From Podarcis melisellensis (Eukaryota), in the NCBI GenBank assembly GCA_964234715.1, contig OZ174283.1: DNA of 64,000 nt, one strand, 5' to 3'. The position numbers and the translations under genes were made by a program. Shown here piece after piece: positions 1 to 15,300 of this stretch (position 1 is its first letter; each line of letters begins with the position of its first letter). The notes beneath the pieces were generated by a model that was given only the letters and a program-made list of their open reading frames with translations, had not been told where the DNA came from and made no database searches.

Positions 1-889
1 CTTGTGGCGAAACACAAACTTGTAGTGCAGTCTTATGCTGGGTTTGTTCACAGTTGGCCCATTGTAGCCAATGGTGTTTACTCCCGCATGAGTGTTTGGA
101 TCACAGCCTTAAAGAAATAGGACGTTGCAACTTTACTTCCAGCTTTTGAACATGTGTGCCACCACTGAAATAGATAAATGGATATTTTCTGAGCAATTTT
201 TTTAAAAAAATATATGTTTAAACCATGGATTGTTCATTACATAAAGATATCAGTGGATCTACTTGGAGTTATGACTTAGTCAGATACTACTTTGAGAAAT
301 TTTGTCATTTTGGAATACTTTTAATATTTCTTTTCATGTCATTGAAAATTATTCCTACATATATTAATCCTGTTATCCTATCTTTGTTAACTGTTTTAGT
401 GTTTACACATTTTATTTCTTAATCATAAGTAATAGTTAATACTGGCTCTGTGTGTGTGTGTTTGCTTCAGTCTCACTAGTCTTTACATCTAGTGTAAAGT
501 GGACTGTGTTGTCCTAACAGGGAACACGAAGGATCATATAGAGGTTACAGTTGCACTGGACAAAAATCTAAAAAGTCATCCAGTGATTGCTTTAATGTAT
601 CTTGGTGTTGAGTTGTTATTGATGATGGTGGGCTTAGAATGGGGAAACCACTTACTGAGCATAAAGTGCGGTTCTTGTTGGACCCTGGACTAGCCATTTT
701 GTCTCAAGGTAATCATTATTGACGTAAACCCCCCAAAACGTATTTTCTATAGTTAAGTTTCTACCTCTATCTTCAGTACATTTTATTTTGTTTTATTGCC
801 ACAGCTAGTGGCTGATGCAAATAAAGATTCTTCTGATTCAAGGTGATCATGAGAACAGAAGTAGCATGTGCTGTGCTGAGCTTCTTGAT

Positions 890-1060
890 AAGAGCTGTTC
901 GACTGTGGAACAGAATCCCATGAGAGGTAGTGGACTCTCCTTCCTTGGAAGTTTTTAAGCAGAGGTTGGATCTGCCATATATGATTTAGTTGAGGTTCCT
1001 GGGCTAAAGGGGGTTGGACTAGATGACCCTAGGGACCCTTTCCAACTCCACAATTCTGTG
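890..1060 (+). mobile_element. CR1 LINE 3' end fragment
   Basis: tggactctccttccttggaagtttttaagcagaggttgga...gggttggactagatgacc...ttccaac...attctgtg tail. Confidence 0.8.
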
Positions 1061-4000
1061 TAGATTAAAAAAATGAAATAATGCCATCAGTTTGCACAGC
1101 ATAAGGCTTTTATTTTTTAAAGTAAAGTAAGCAAATAGATACTGAGGGCTTTCTGTTTATATCTTTGCATTTTTGGATGATGCCTACCATGGGAGATGGA
1201 TGTGTCTGAAATTCTTGTGCTAAAGCATTAAAGTCACATTGCAGTAGATTGCCTCATCTAAACACAGGGAACACCATTTACACAATTCTTTGTTTATTAT
1301 GACAGCTGTTAAAGCTCCAGATAAAAAACTGGTAAGCATCTGCCTTGGATAATTATGATTAAAGCTAATGATTTAACAGTGATGAAAGCAGAGACTCAAA
1401 GTGTAGCTAGCTTTGAAAAGGGGCCTTTTTAAAATCATTGGAACTGTGCACTTGTTTATGTTGGAAGTTTGCAACTTCCTACGTCTACTGCGCCTTGTTC
1501 TAGATGAGTAATGATTTTTCATCTGTGGCTGCTAATTCGTGTTAAGAGTTCAGATCATTCAGTATTTTTAAAGAAAATAGATTGTCTTCCTTTCTGTGCT
1601 CCAGTGACAAACCACTGTGCAGTTTTGTTGGCATTTGTTCTACAGATTGGTGATGGCGTTGGAAAGTAGAGGAGAAGCCATTTGCTCCGTTTTAAGACAT
1701 TGAGTATTTAAAAAGAGGTGATGCTGGTAGCTTTCGCAAATGATGTGTCATCTTGCATCAAACTGAGCCCTATTGTCAGGCCTCGCTGAACCTTCTTGCC
1801 TCCCACCTGCAGATTTTGCTGCAAGAAAAGCTAAAGTTGACTGGCTCTCTAATTGATATCTAGGTAACTGTAACATGAAAAATAAAGTTTAACATAACTT
1901 ATTGATGAATAAGCAATGTGACTTGGCCATCCTATGGAATTCAGATCAATTTATTCTCTAGTGACATGTTGATAAAGTGAGAATGACTGGAGAATTCGCG
2001 TTCTGGCATTTGATATCTGTGGGTTCTGGCAGATGCTACAAGGGTTCTGTGGAAACTGCCATGGTGTGAAATTGCAGAATCTGGTTGCTGTGTGCTAAGA
2101 TGGATGCAGAAATAGACCATAAGGATCCCTGACCTCTTTGCCCTACATCAGCTATTCTGGATGACAACGTCGCCCTTTGTATTTTTGCTAGTCTTGGAAT
2201 TACGTAGTTTGCTATCTGTGTCTGGGCCATCTTTGCTCAGGGACTGTGACAAAAAACAATTGCCAGAAATAGGCACTACAACATTATGTAATGCTCTGGC
2301 AAGTGCAATTTTATATTAATTTCAAATGATACAAGTTGCTGGAGCAGAAGGGGAGTCCATCTTAAATTCATTTGCTTTTTTGATTCCCCTCCCCCTTGAT
2401 TAACAGAGGGGTTTTTCCCTCACAGAAGTGACCATGGTACCCTTGGTTAAGTTTACTATAGAAACCTATAAAGATCAACAAAGCAACTGGGATATATGAC
2501 TGCAAAACTAAATCAGTTTGTTTGTGGACCATATTGAGCAATGTGCAGAGGATGTTTCAGCAGGAAGTCTAAAAATATTTGTTAAAGTTTTTCTCCAGAG
2601 AGACGCCTCAGAATGTCAGGAAAATGAAACATGTGTTTGCAGGGTACAGGTACTTGAAATATTGTCTGGCAAAAATCAGGTTTGGGATCTGCTTTGTGAG
2701 GAAAACGTAGATTTACAGCAGAAGTAGAGCGCCTGGGGCCCTTCACATGTTCTCTGTCCAGTGGTTAGACCAGATAGGAGTTTTATTCCAGCAATATCTG
2801 GCAGGCCACAGGTTGAGGGACCTGTGGCCCACTGGATGTTACTGGGCTGCCACTAGACTTCTGGAAGAATGTCATAAACTTTACTTCCCATGACGATTTA
2901 CGTAGCTTTAAGGCACTTAGGAAGAAATATGCATTAGAATGCAAAGCAAATTAGGACACAGCGACATGAAACAATGCTGTTAAATTAGACCTTACGTTTA
3001 GTGGAAGAATTCTGTACAAGAGTGTCCTGTGAAATAAAGAATCTTATTTGGAGATTGTTTCAGTAATTTAACTTGTGCAATAAATAATGTGTATTATCTG
3101 CTATAAAATATGGTGGACTCGTCAGTCGGCAGTGTTATAATGATTACAATGGTGAATAAGCTGTAAATAGTGGAATGCTGATTATGTAACTTTAGTAGAA
3201 CATGCAAGTGTGTTTTTCTGCTAAAATTAGTGAAATCCATAAACTGCCTTGAAGACCTGGCTTAGAAATGGCATGTAATCAATTACGCCCCCCTCCCCAC
3301 CCCTTTCTCTTTGCTTCTAGATGTTGCAGGGCAGTGTTTCAATGCTGTGTTTAGATGGTAAGCTGATTAGCCCTGTGCCAGGGGACTGGTGTAATGGGTT
3401 GCCATTCAGAGTGCACTGTGAAACCACACACACAAATTACCTCATCTCATTAGATGATCGAAACCTTGATTTGAGCGTTTCAAGATCATTTCATGAGCTC
3501 TATAGCAGGGAAGAGATACTAAAATTGTGATGGCTTCATTTACTTGAGCTTGTTAGATGTTTTCTTACAAGACAACAGCATAGGTTTAGTGACAAGTAGA
3601 GACGGTTTCGTGGAGGTGCTTGTTTGAAGAGTGAGGTTTTGATCTACATACCGTACAAGCTTAATGATTCCTAAAAGGCCAAATTTCTGAGAGTAATAAA
3701 TGCTGTGTTCATTGAAGGCAGGGTTGGGGACCCAGTGACCCAATAGAATCTGGAGGGGTGCAGACTCTCCATGCCAGCTATGGGGTTTATTAAATGTTAA
3801 GTATTGAGGTTACATTTACGTTTGCGGTTTCGTGTGTGATGTTTTTTCCTTTTCCCTGGTTGCTCTTTTTGCAAACTTGAAAGGATCTGAGCTCCCATGT
3901 AAAAGATCCAGAATTCATGTAGGTGCAAATAAGCACCTGCAGTTAGAGCACTTCAAATGGTAATGCTTTTGAGAAGCGTATTTCCCTGTTATTACTTGCC

Positions 4001-7000
4001 CCCAAGATACAACGTATATAGACAGGAATGCCACATGAACTCTCAGACCCCGCTTTCAGGAAGGTGATCTAAGAGAGTAATTTTTTTGGGGGGTGGGGGA
4101 GTCTCGTGCTGCCTTCTCTCTCTCTCTCTCCTTCCCCCACCTTACTTCCCATTGCTTTTATCCATGTTGTGTGTGTTTGCAATTAGTTCATTGCAATTAT
4201 CTTGTTTTGAGTGGAGACAGTACTACATAATAGTTCATATTTTAAAAAGAGATGATTTCATAGATTGGCTAGACAGACAGACCTCAACTAATGATTCCTA
4301 GGCATGGGCCAATTGCCTCAGCAATACCTAATCAAAATGGTCCTCTCCAGACTGGGTTTTCTTTGCAGTTGTACTCTGCAACATGTCATTGATGATACGA
4401 TACTGCTTTAGAGGTGGATTTATACTTGACCATCCACACCTCATCCTGTTTTATTAGTTCTTCTGCAATGCTTCGCCAGTGTCATTGCATTTTGGAGGGG
4501 GGGTAGTCATAAACCAGAACATGTGTGGTGTAAGAGTTACAGGATTTCAGCAGGAAGTTATGGGACATGAATTAATTGGAAACGAAGCATTATGTCTGCC
4601 CCAAAACATTTGGGTGGGCAAACACTATTGAATGCTCGCTGGGGTATTACCGCCTGATGCCAACTTGAACACCAATAATGAACGCACAATAAAAAGGATA
4701 TCTGAAGGTGCCTATTGTCACTGTAATTAATTGTTGAGTTCGCTTCCCAAACAGGGCAGAAACAGCCTTAAGGCAAGGTGGTATAAGCAAAACAAGCCAA
4801 ATATATGCTAAAATGAAGAAGCTGGCCTGTACCCGACCCCGCAGCATAATTAAATTATTGACACTGAAGCTGTTGCAATATTCAACCACTGCCACTCCAT
4901 GGTTCCATAGTACTTGTATTGAAGGAGCAAACCTTGTTGATGGGTTGTTTGCAATTTGAAGCAAAAGGCAGGAGTGGCGGACATGACTTTTAAGCGATTG
5001 GCATCGGTTGCTTCGGAATAGTAATGTCAAATTCATATAAGTGAGCTGTGCGAATGAGAAGGTAGCACAGTTGGCAGCAAGTGAAGACTTGTCTCACCAG
5101 GGTGGACTGCAAAGAATCTATTTTAACCTCTAAGCGGTTTTCTGTGGCTAAAGGGAGCACAGGAATGCAGCTTGGAATCCAGCATTTAAATTTAAAAATG
5201 TGTGTGTGTTGCTATCTGGAATATCTCTGATCCTCTCGGGCTGGCCAGATCTGAAACTGTGTTCTGCTGTGAGAAGATGCAGCACCTTAGCTGGGAAAGG
5301 CAAGCTTAAAGGCTGGCGGCATCTGTTTCTCCTTTCAGAGAAGCATGCAACTAAAGAAGTGTGAAGAAAGTGCTGGGTTTTCTTGCCAAAATTCACAAGC
5401 GTCAGGATTGAGACCATCTGCCAAATGTTGTGAGCAGCGGTTTTAAGAATAAATGATCAGAATGAGTCAAAAGTGTTGAGGCAACATATGTCTTTGTTTG
5501 GTGGGGGCTGAAATTTGTGCTGTGTAATGCTCGTTTTGGCAAAAGTGTTCAATGTTGTGAATGCTTGTATATTTATGTATTTGTTCATGTAGCAATTCTG
5601 TATACTAACAGAGAATTTGTTCTCCCAGTGTGGATCCTTTTGTAACCAAAATGGCGGCATCCATGCACAAGAATTAGATACTAGCCTGCTGGGAAGGGGA
5701 AGCTTGGGCAAGCTGCTCTCAGTGGGTCCCCACCTTAAGCAGCTCCATCTCCTACTTTGCCACTGGTAACTGCTAGCCTTTTGTTTGGCCTTTCCTTCTG
5801 TTCCCAGTGCACACAACCACCCAGAAAGAAAGTGCAAGGCAAGAATTGTATGCTGCTGTACCACCATATTTTATTCTGGAGAAGAAAGGTGAATAGAGCC
5901 TGGAGGTTCTGGGAGTCAAGAGTACCTGCAGTGTTGTGACGTTTAGCAGGTGCCCAACAGTGCTGATCCCCAACGCTGGCCTTGGGGAGTGCCAAGGTTT
6001 GCAGAAGGTTTACAAAAGCAAAAACTGGTAGGTGGGAACCTAAAAATAGACCCAGTGATCACAGAATGCTAACTTAGTGTTGTGGGAGAAATTGAGAATG
6101 AGGTGTGTGTGAGGAGACTGGATTGGACTATCCTGGAAAGAGCATGGCTGTATGGAAGCTGAATGAGGACACTCTGCCCTGCTGCCTCATTTGAACCTGG
6201 TATTAAAGTATATCTTCCAGTTATCCATACTTAACTGGTAATATACTAAGGCTTTTAAGTGTTGGGAAATACATTTGTATAATATGTTTGACATACCTTT
6301 TTTCAAATGGTTTGTTTTTTAAATAACTCATCTCTATAACCTACCATGGGGACTTTTTCAGGGGGTGGAAGGACAAGATATCCCTAATCTCACCTGGCAA
6401 CTGTTTCAGTGTGTGCAGTAAAGGCTTATGTTAGGTATGTTGGTACAAATTCCATTTTGTATATCTTTAAGGGCCTTTTAGGCTGCTTGTGATATGCACG
6501 TGTGGATGTTAGTACGAGATTGAAAGGGAACAGGAGTCCTTTCTGTTTGCTGGCCTTACAGAATCAGGAAATACAAAAAAAAATTCAAAAGTTACTTGTG
6601 GAAATGGCTTGAGGGTTGCATCTCCTTGTGCTGTGTTTTATGTAACACGCTTCTTCAGATCACTTAAAGGTGTCTTTCCTTGTGCCACTATATGTTTTCT
6701 TGACTAACTGGATTCCATGCACATCTGGACAGCAAAACAGATCACGATCAGGAACCAGGGAACTATGCAGCTAGTTCTGTGAGCTCTACACAGGCGAAAT
6801 AATCTTGAAGATGAGTTCAGGCAACTACCGGTCTTCAGGACTGTGAAAAATGTAAACCTAAATTTTGTTGCTATATTATGATGTTTTCACATGTGTACAT
6901 TTGTCCTAAGAAGCCCAGTCGACAAGCTATGTGTATAACTGGCAATGAGCCAAAACATTTAGCCTCAAGAAGCCCCCAAGCAATAAAAGCTAGATTTTAA

Positions 7001-10000
7001 AAAAATGCCATTGGGAGTTGCTTCTGAGGTAAATGTAAAGGCAAATGGGGGTAAGCTAAAGCAGCCAAACATGATGTGACAGAGCACTGACAACAACAAA
7101 GGAAACATGAAGGCATAGTTCTTCTGTGGCTCATAAATTAAACGTGGGCCTCTAATGCTGAACGGGAGAAAGGAGATGAATAAGAAGTGTTCAGGAATAC
7201 TTGTATATTTGGTGAGGGACTCATGTGCACTACTATTTTTAGTAGCATTCATGCACAGAGGTGTCCTTTATATCACAAGAAAGTGCAGTACACTTCCCTT
7301 CTCTTAGATTTACTGTTGCCAAATGGCAGAAAGCTCTGTATGTTGAAAGGCAGTTGGAACAGAAGCCAAGGACTGGAGTTGGAGTCTGGGTCAGGAGGTC
7401 CACATTTTAATCAAAGATGCCTTTTGTGTAACCGTTTTCATCCATGACAAGGCACCTGCAAGCTTCCCAGAACGGTAAATTTAGTTTATAAGGCATAGAA
7501 TTTCTTGGTAGATTGTGGAGTCCAGCAGAAGTTAGCACAACTGCAGCCCCCTTTGGGCATTATTCATTTGATGACGGTCTCATAGGTAAAGGGAGTCTGT
7601 GCCTTTGCCCCTGGCAGTGTATGGTTCCCTGCCCACCCCCCACGCCCCATAACCTACTTTGTGCATGGACGCCTTCTTAGGGGAAGATTGCACACATAGA
7701 ACTTCCTTCAGTCTTTCATGCATAGATGTTGGGAGTGTGGGGCCAGGGAACTACATAATACCAGGGGTCAGGCCGATGGGGTGGCAAAGTCACTGCCCCT
7801 TCTTTCTGTGAAGCCCTCTACATGCAAATGGCTGTGAGTAAGTGGTCTTTTCCCCCCCTTTTCTACCCAACATGATTAGTTCCTGCCTTCCTTCCTAACT
7901 TTCAGTGTACACTATTAATTTTTAACTCAGTTTTGTAAGTGCTAATCCAACACTAGAACCTTATTTCATGTTAACATTATTTGCCAGTTAAAGTAGCACC
8001 TAGTATCTCTTGTCTTGTGCTAAGTATCCTCTGGTTTTGTATGTCTCTTTAAAGGCATGTGGGGGAGAGCAGGATATCCTTTTTCAGTTATTCCTTGGCC
8101 TTATGGCAGCATAGGCTCCAGTCTCAGGATGGAAGTGAAAAGCGTGTTCTGAACTTCTCCAAGCACACTTTGGCTCACAGAACTAAAGAGGCTCTTAGCT
8201 GCTCTTTTGCCAGGTGTCAAATAAATGAATTTGACACTGGGAAACCTTAAAACTGAGCAAAGAGGGAGCTACATAAAGGAAAGGCAGTGCATGTTTCCGC
8301 CAGCCTTCTCTTGTGAGATTAAATAAATGAAAAGTGGAAAACAAGAAATGTACTTACTACAATTGTACCCTGATCCCCGTCCCCCCTCCAGGGAGTACAG
8401 AGTGGCTTACATATGGTTCTCTGTGGACTCTCTTCCCCACTTAGCTCCAGTAGCTGAACTGAACCACATCCATTCAGACCATCCTTTTTTCAGGAAATAA
8501 TTGCCAACATTTGCAAGCAGTTAAAACTTTCCTGCAGGACTGCATATGAAATATAAAACGTATGCTGTATGTAGAGATGTAGGGTTTTTTTAAAGCAATA
8601 ATTATAATAGAGAATCCATAGAAAGATACAAATCAACAGAATAAGAGTTTTGGCATTAAGCTTTATAGGTTTACTGTGCATGACAACTGCCCCTGTTCAC
8701 TGTCCTTCCCCCCCCCCCCTTCACAGCACAAAAATAGTATTTGGTATGCAAGGATAAAATCAGCTTTAGGCAGTTTGTTCACCAGTGAAATAAGTACCTC
8801 TTTCCTTTACATTAAATCATTCTGAATGCATACAATTGCTGTTATTTTCATTCTATTGTGTCTGCTTCCTGTTGGTCAAAGGTTATTAGAATAGGGTGGT
8901 GTATAACGAGATGGAAAGCTGACAGGAAGACTTAACGCTGTGCTTATTTTGGGGTAGACACAACTACTGAAATGGTCGGGATTTTGTGGCTGTGCTGAAA
9001 ACAAAATGAGGTACTTTTATTATCCAGTCTCAAGGTCCTTTTGTACATATGCACAGTCCTGTTTTTAAACTTGTTTCAATGGCAAATAAAAGCAACTCTA
9101 AAGTTACTTTATTTAATAGAAAAAAATGTATTTTAGAAAATTACGGTTAACTTTTCCTCCTAAGCAATTCTGTTTGGTTTAATGATATATATTTGGTCTT
9201 TTTTAAATAGTTACTGTTCAGACTTCAAGAACAGTCCTTTGTTGATAGTGTGTAATACAACTGCCTTGGAACCTGAAAGAACACTTTCAAAAAGTACAGT
9301 AATGTCCACCTTTTAATGTTTGTTGTTGAATAACAGTGTTCTTAAGAGCTAATCTAGATGACATTTATTGAGAAACAGCTGCTTGCCTAAGACATGTTAC
9401 ATGTGGAAATCAGAGTAGAGGATTCTTGTAACTTTGTTAAAATAAAACCGGTAGATTGTAATACTCATTGATCCACAAGAAAGTTGTTTTTTGTTGTGTG
9501 ACTTGAGGTTGTTTTGAATTGCCTACTCTCAAGGTCTCTAACTGCACAGTCATGAATTCATATGTAAGAGTGTGGCTTCATAACAAATTACTGTACTTTT
9601 TAAAGTAAATGTTCATTCATCGTACTGAAACGGAATGTGAAAGGAAGAAAAGACCAGTGGTAGAAGATAACATAGGAGGGGCTGTCTTTCTTAGCAATCC
9701 ATCTCTGCTGTATTGTTCGGTTGTTGTTGTTGTTGCTGCTGTTTAATATTTATAAAGTTCTTAAAGTTGCTAGGAGCTGTACAGAAAGTAAAAATGAACA
9801 CAAATCCTAGCAGGAGGTTTACAATTTAAAAAATTGACAGGAAAGTAAAAGGGGCTACAATGAAGTGATTAAGGCTGCAATCCTATACAGTTACCCTGGG
9901 ATTAAGTGCCATTGAAAACAGTGTTGCTTCTGAGTATACAGCATTGGTCTGTATAAATAACAAATTATGCTAATGCATGTGAATAATAAAAAAAAGCTTT

Positions 10001-11079
10001 GAAAAGCAGAAAGGTGTAAACTTGGATTAAACTTTTTAAAATGTAGTTTTTATCCCTTTGAGAGGTTGGAGGTTTATGTGATAGCTGCTGGTTTTCAAAG
10101 CAAAACCTGACCACAGACTGGTTTTAGTGCATTTGTTCTTCATATCTAAGTTTGTGCATTTAAGATGTGGGGTATTTTGGTTTTTCCTTATGTTTTTTTT
10201 TATGAGTCCTGATGAGAGCAGATTACACCAAAGCTTGCACATTTTATTCAGAGAAAGGGGTTGAAACTTAGGAGAATGTAATGTAAATAGCTGTGAGTCG
10301 TAAAAAGACTTGGCACTGTTGGTAAAATGGATATATATGGAGCAATTCTATTCAGGGGCATTAATAAAGAGTTGAGTAATGAGGGGAGACACTTGAAAGA
10401 GCCCCCCCCCCAAGTTGTTGTAATATAAAAAAGGAAACCACTGGACAAAAACAACAGAATATATGGTGGCTTCTGAACTGCTGTTACAGCAATGCCACCA
10501 GAATGAACCACTGGAGGTTAATGTGGAATGGAACATGATATCAAACAATACATCTTTCCAATGTGTTCATCTGGTTATGAGAACAGTTGTAGAAGAGATA
10601 GAAAATGTTTCTTGAACAACAGAAAATAAACTTGAAGATGTATTCTATTGTTGAGCACAGGGAAACATAGCATGCAACTATAAAAAAGTCACAGGTAAGA
10701 CCAATTTGGGCATATTAGAAAACCATGATTTCCTGTTACATCTGAACCAGGCCAAAAGCACAGGTTTGCCTACCCTTGTTTTTGCAATAATGAGATGGGA
10801 TATTATGGGAGTGATATTCATATTGTGATTTTAAGTCAAAGGAATGTTCTGAAATCATTCCCATTATTAAAAATGGTCTGATTCTATGAGTAACCCATAA
10901 TACACTGAGAATCCCAGGGCAGCTTGGCATACCTGTATTTCTTCTTATTTACCATTCCCTTTAGTGTTGGGTGTTAAAAACTTTTGATTTAGGTCTGGGA
11001 GTGGATTGGGAACCAATGAAGATGGCAAAGCTTATTAATATTAATATCTAAAATGTATATAGTGCTTTCAAGTCCTTAA

Positions 11080-11285
11080 CATGCGTTAGCTAGTTGTAAT
11101 TTTTAGAACGACTCTATAAGGTTAGTATTATCTCCCATATTGTGCATGGGGTGTGGGAATTGAAGCTGAGAAAGAGTGACCTGCCAAATACAATCTAATG
11201 AGTTTTTGGAAGAGGTGGGATTTGAACCACAGACTTCAAGATTCACAGCTCAATTTCTTAGCCACTAAACTACACCAGCTCTCTA
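11080..11285 (-). mobile_element. MIR-like tRNA-derived SINE fragment
   Basis: gaagctgagaaagagtgacctgcc...gggatttgaacc...ttagccactaaactacacca. Confidence 0.6.
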
Positions 11286-11559
11286 GCTTGTTGAGCACCA
11301 CTGATGGGGCCAGGATTTCTCAGTCATCCTGACTGGTGTCACAGAAGTTAAACCTTACCTTTGCTACTGTTCAAGCTAATAACTTGAACATAGGGTTAAT
11401 GAGTAACTGTAGGTACATAGGAAGATTAGTTTAAAGTTATTGCATTATAATTTATCATACCATGTGGATACTAACAGCGATGGGAAACTGAGCTTGTGAA
11501 CACTCTAACTTGTACCTTAGAATCATGGAATAATAAAACTGTAGAGTTTGAAGCACATA

Positions 11560-11857
11560 CATGAACGTAAGAGGGGCCTTCATACTGCATCACACCAAAA
11601 GGCCTGTCTAGTCCAGCATCCTGCTTCCACAATTGCCGTGGGAATCCCAAGAGCAGGACATGAGGGAGATAGTGCTCAGTCCCAAGCACTTGTATTCAGA
11701 GACACATTCATTCTGATGGTAGTACATAGCTATGATGATCGGTAACTGTTGAAAGCTTTATCCTCCATAAATTTGTCTAATGCCTCTTTAAAACGAAGTT
11801 GATGGCCACCACCACATACTGTAGAAGTGGATTCCTAAGTTTTTAGCTGTGCAAAGG
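11560..11857 (-). mobile_element. CR1 LINE 3' fragment
   Basis: ctagtccagcatcctg...tttatcctccataaatttgtctaat...ggccaccacc. Interrupted at its right end by the Tc1-like element. Confidence 0.7.
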
Positions 11858-12304
11858 AGTACCTTGGTTCTCAGACGCCTTGGAACCCAAACACTGCAAA
11901 CCCAGAAGTAAGTGTTCCAGTTTGCGAACTTTTTTGGGAAGCCGAACATGCTCCGTTTTGAGTGTTACGCTGAGGTCTGTCTGTTTTTGCTATTTATTTT
12001 GCATTTTTGTTTTTGTGGCTTTTTTGTTTTGCTTTTGTGACTGTGTGCAACCCCGTTCGGCTGCTGATTGGTTGATTGTGTGACTGCAGTACATTGTTTA
12101 TTGCTTTAATTTTATGGATCAAAGGTCTCGTTAGATAGTAGCATTCATCTTAAATTGCTGTTTTAGGAGTTGTTTTTAAAAGTCTGGAACAGATTAATCC
12201 ATTTTCCCTTACTTTCTATGGGAAAGCGCGCCTTGGTTTTGGAACAATTTGGTTTTGGAATGGACTTCTGGAATGGATTAATTTTGAGAGTCGAGGTACC
12301 ACTG
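11858..12304. mobile_element. Tc1/mariner-type non-autonomous element
   Basis: Right TIR gaggtaccactg followed by TA. Left TIR partly eroded (gtaccttggttctc). Confidence 0.7.
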
Positions 12305-15300
12305 TACTTACTTTAGCGTGTTGTGCTTCTCACACAATCCTTGGATAACCCTGGCCACATGGCTACAACAGGTTGAGGTGGCCTTTAGAATAGTCTTTTA
12401 TTACATGAACAAAACTGTAATTAGACAGCAGCATTCTAGGAGTGTTTCTAATAAAGAATGCTATAACAGCGCTAAGTACCATGTGGTTGGTAAACCCTTA
12501 ATAGCGATAAAGTTCTTTGGGTTGCATAAAAAACTCCTAATTACTAAGCGTGTAACAACTGCAAAGCATAGCAAACTTTCTCTCTCTCTCTCTTTGTTCT
12601 TCTTGCCTTTCTGACTGTTTTTTTCCTATTATTTTTTCCAGTGTAATTGAACAAATTCCATTTCAGATTGCTAAGCACAAAGCGCTTCAATGCTGCTTTT
12701 CTGTTTTCAATGTTTTCTTTGTTTGTATAAGCAAGCTAAAGTTAGAACTGACCAACACAAAACTAGCAAATGGTGACAATAGATTGAAAACAGGAAATTT
12801 TGGCCGTGTGTGTGTGTATATTCTGAACAGATTATAAGGATGATAGCTGGTGGAGTGGAAACTTCCACTGAGACTGTTTTTTCCTTATTTTCCCCTGCTA
12901 GAAAAGATGAGGCTTCCTGGAAAACAAGCCTTATGAGGTGTGAGTGCAGAGTGTTTTTATATCTTGGTCAATATCTTAGTAAAGGTGCACTGGATATTTT
13001 CCACAGTTCATTCATATTTGTGAAAGATTTTGCAAAAGGCATTAAGAAATATGGAACTCCATTCATCTCAAATACTATTTTCACCATTCTCTAAGACCAA
13101 CCTGGCAACAACTTTCTATTGAATGCCTGAATAATAGTTGTATGTGGAGTCGAAGATGGGGCTGTCTCTACCTCCACATTGGCAAGGGGATGTCTATAGG
13201 GGGAGCTTGTTGTATGTTCATTGCCTCCTGCTCTTGCGCATGATGTGGAACCCTGGTTGTTTCAGTGGGGAGGATCCTGCATGCATACCACAGGGAGGCC
13301 AGGTGGTTACGTGGGGCCAGTGGTCACAGCCCCAGCCTTGCGCTGTGTAGGGAGTTAAAGCTCATGATTGAATTCCTGAATCAGGCTTCTGTTTATTGTG
13401 ATATTTGATACTATTGTCAAGTAGCACTCCATAAAACAAATGTGAGAATATTTAAAGCAAATTGCATTGAATTTTCACATTTAAAATGATACAAAGCAAC
13501 TATTTTAATTAAGGGAAAATAGGGAAAAAAACTCACCATTTGCTTGTTTAAAAGGCAAGGAAACAAGAGATTGAGGCTCATTCCAATACACATATACTTG
13601 GGGGTTAGCCACATTGAGTACAGGGAGGCCTTACTTTCGAGTAGTCGTGCATGCTACTGTGCTGTAAATTGTTTTGTTTGTAGCCCATTCCTCCTCAGAG
13701 CTTTTGTTCCTTTGTCTTCACTGATCAATATTCTGATCCTCAGTTTTAGGACTGGTGGTGTAACATCCCTACAATACCAAACACTATTTATGGTTTGGAT
13801 TAAGCTGTTTCATTTCTCTGTCTTGGAGGAAAAGTTAACATTTGCTTATTGTAGTAACACTTCTGTAAGCAAAGATCTGTTTAGCCTTTCTGAGCATGCT
13901 TTTCCAGTTTCACCATCAGGTGTCCCAGCTGCAAAACGTAAATGGATTTTTGTGAAGTATCTCTTCATAGGCGAATGAACATATAAACTTTGTAAGAACT
14001 CTGTTTGGGAACAACCCAAATGTTTTGGGTTTGGAAAGTACCTCCCAAAGCTGTACTGCTTAACTTCTGTTGTGTAGCATGGGCTTCTGAAGCACTTCTC
14101 AGTAAGGCAATGTAGAGCTTCCACCAGGCAGCCAACACTAAAATGTTAAAAATAGAACATGCTTCAAGAATGCCAGATATTTTCAGATAACAAAGAGTGA
14201 TTTATGTGGGCTCCCTTTTCAGTTTGACAAAACATAGAAGGGCCTTTGTACTATGATTAGCACGCGTGCTGATGTCAGTTCTCTTGTCTAGCTTCAAGCT
14301 TTATTCTGCTGCTAAATTGTGCTTTTGTGCTATAATCCAGAGAAGCTTTGTGTCTGCCTTATTAGTGTGTAGTTTGTGGAATTGCTTTTGTTTCTGAGGA
14401 TAGTCTGTGCCAGTTTCAGTGTGAGTGACTCATTATGCAACTGAAATAAACATTCCCATTTTCACAATGTGGAAAAAGAAATCTTCTGGGGAGATAAGGG
14501 GAGGGGGGCACAGAAGCAGGTGTTAATGGTCACTGTTTCAGATACTTGGTACTTTGTGGCTTGCCAGGCTAAAAAGAATTATCAGTTTATGAAACTGGTT
14601 CCAGTGAGAGTTGTATTTTACCCTCCATGTTGAATTGGGTCTCTGTTAGCACTGAAATACAGAGGCGATTTCAACTCATGAATGTGCAGAATTAGGAAGT
14701 AAACTTCCAAATTACCTTCATTCGGTGTGTTGCAACCACATCATTAAACAAATTGCAGCTCAGTTTTGTGTAGCATTTTTTACACTACCCAAAGAACTTG
14801 ATCATTATTAAGGGTATACCAACCACATAGGACTTACAACATTCTTTATTAGATCACTCCTGTCTTATTAACAGTTTTGTTCATGTATTTGAAGGGTGTG
14901 GAGGGGGAAAGCAAACTCAGGCCCCTCCACGTAAAAATGACCTCCCCAATCAGATCTGGGAGTGGGGCAGGTGACAACCTCTGGGTCAGGAGGGACGGGA
15001 CTGTTCCTTCTGCACTGGGACAGCATTGGAATCCTCACAGAAGGCTGTTTGATGGAGTGACCCTCCTCCTTTGCTGTTGTTAGTGGCAGTTTTGGTTTCT
15101 TGGTCTCAGTAGACAGCAACCCCTCCCTGGATGTACTCTCTACCCAGATCAGATATTTTTTCTGCCTGTAGGCATCTCCCCCCTCCTCTCCACCCCCCAA
15201 AAGCCACATAATTGGAAGTTAAACAAGTGTTTGGATTATAAACTGTGCAAATATGAGTTGTACTGGAACTTCTTCTTCAAAGCTGTTTAAAAGAGGCTGT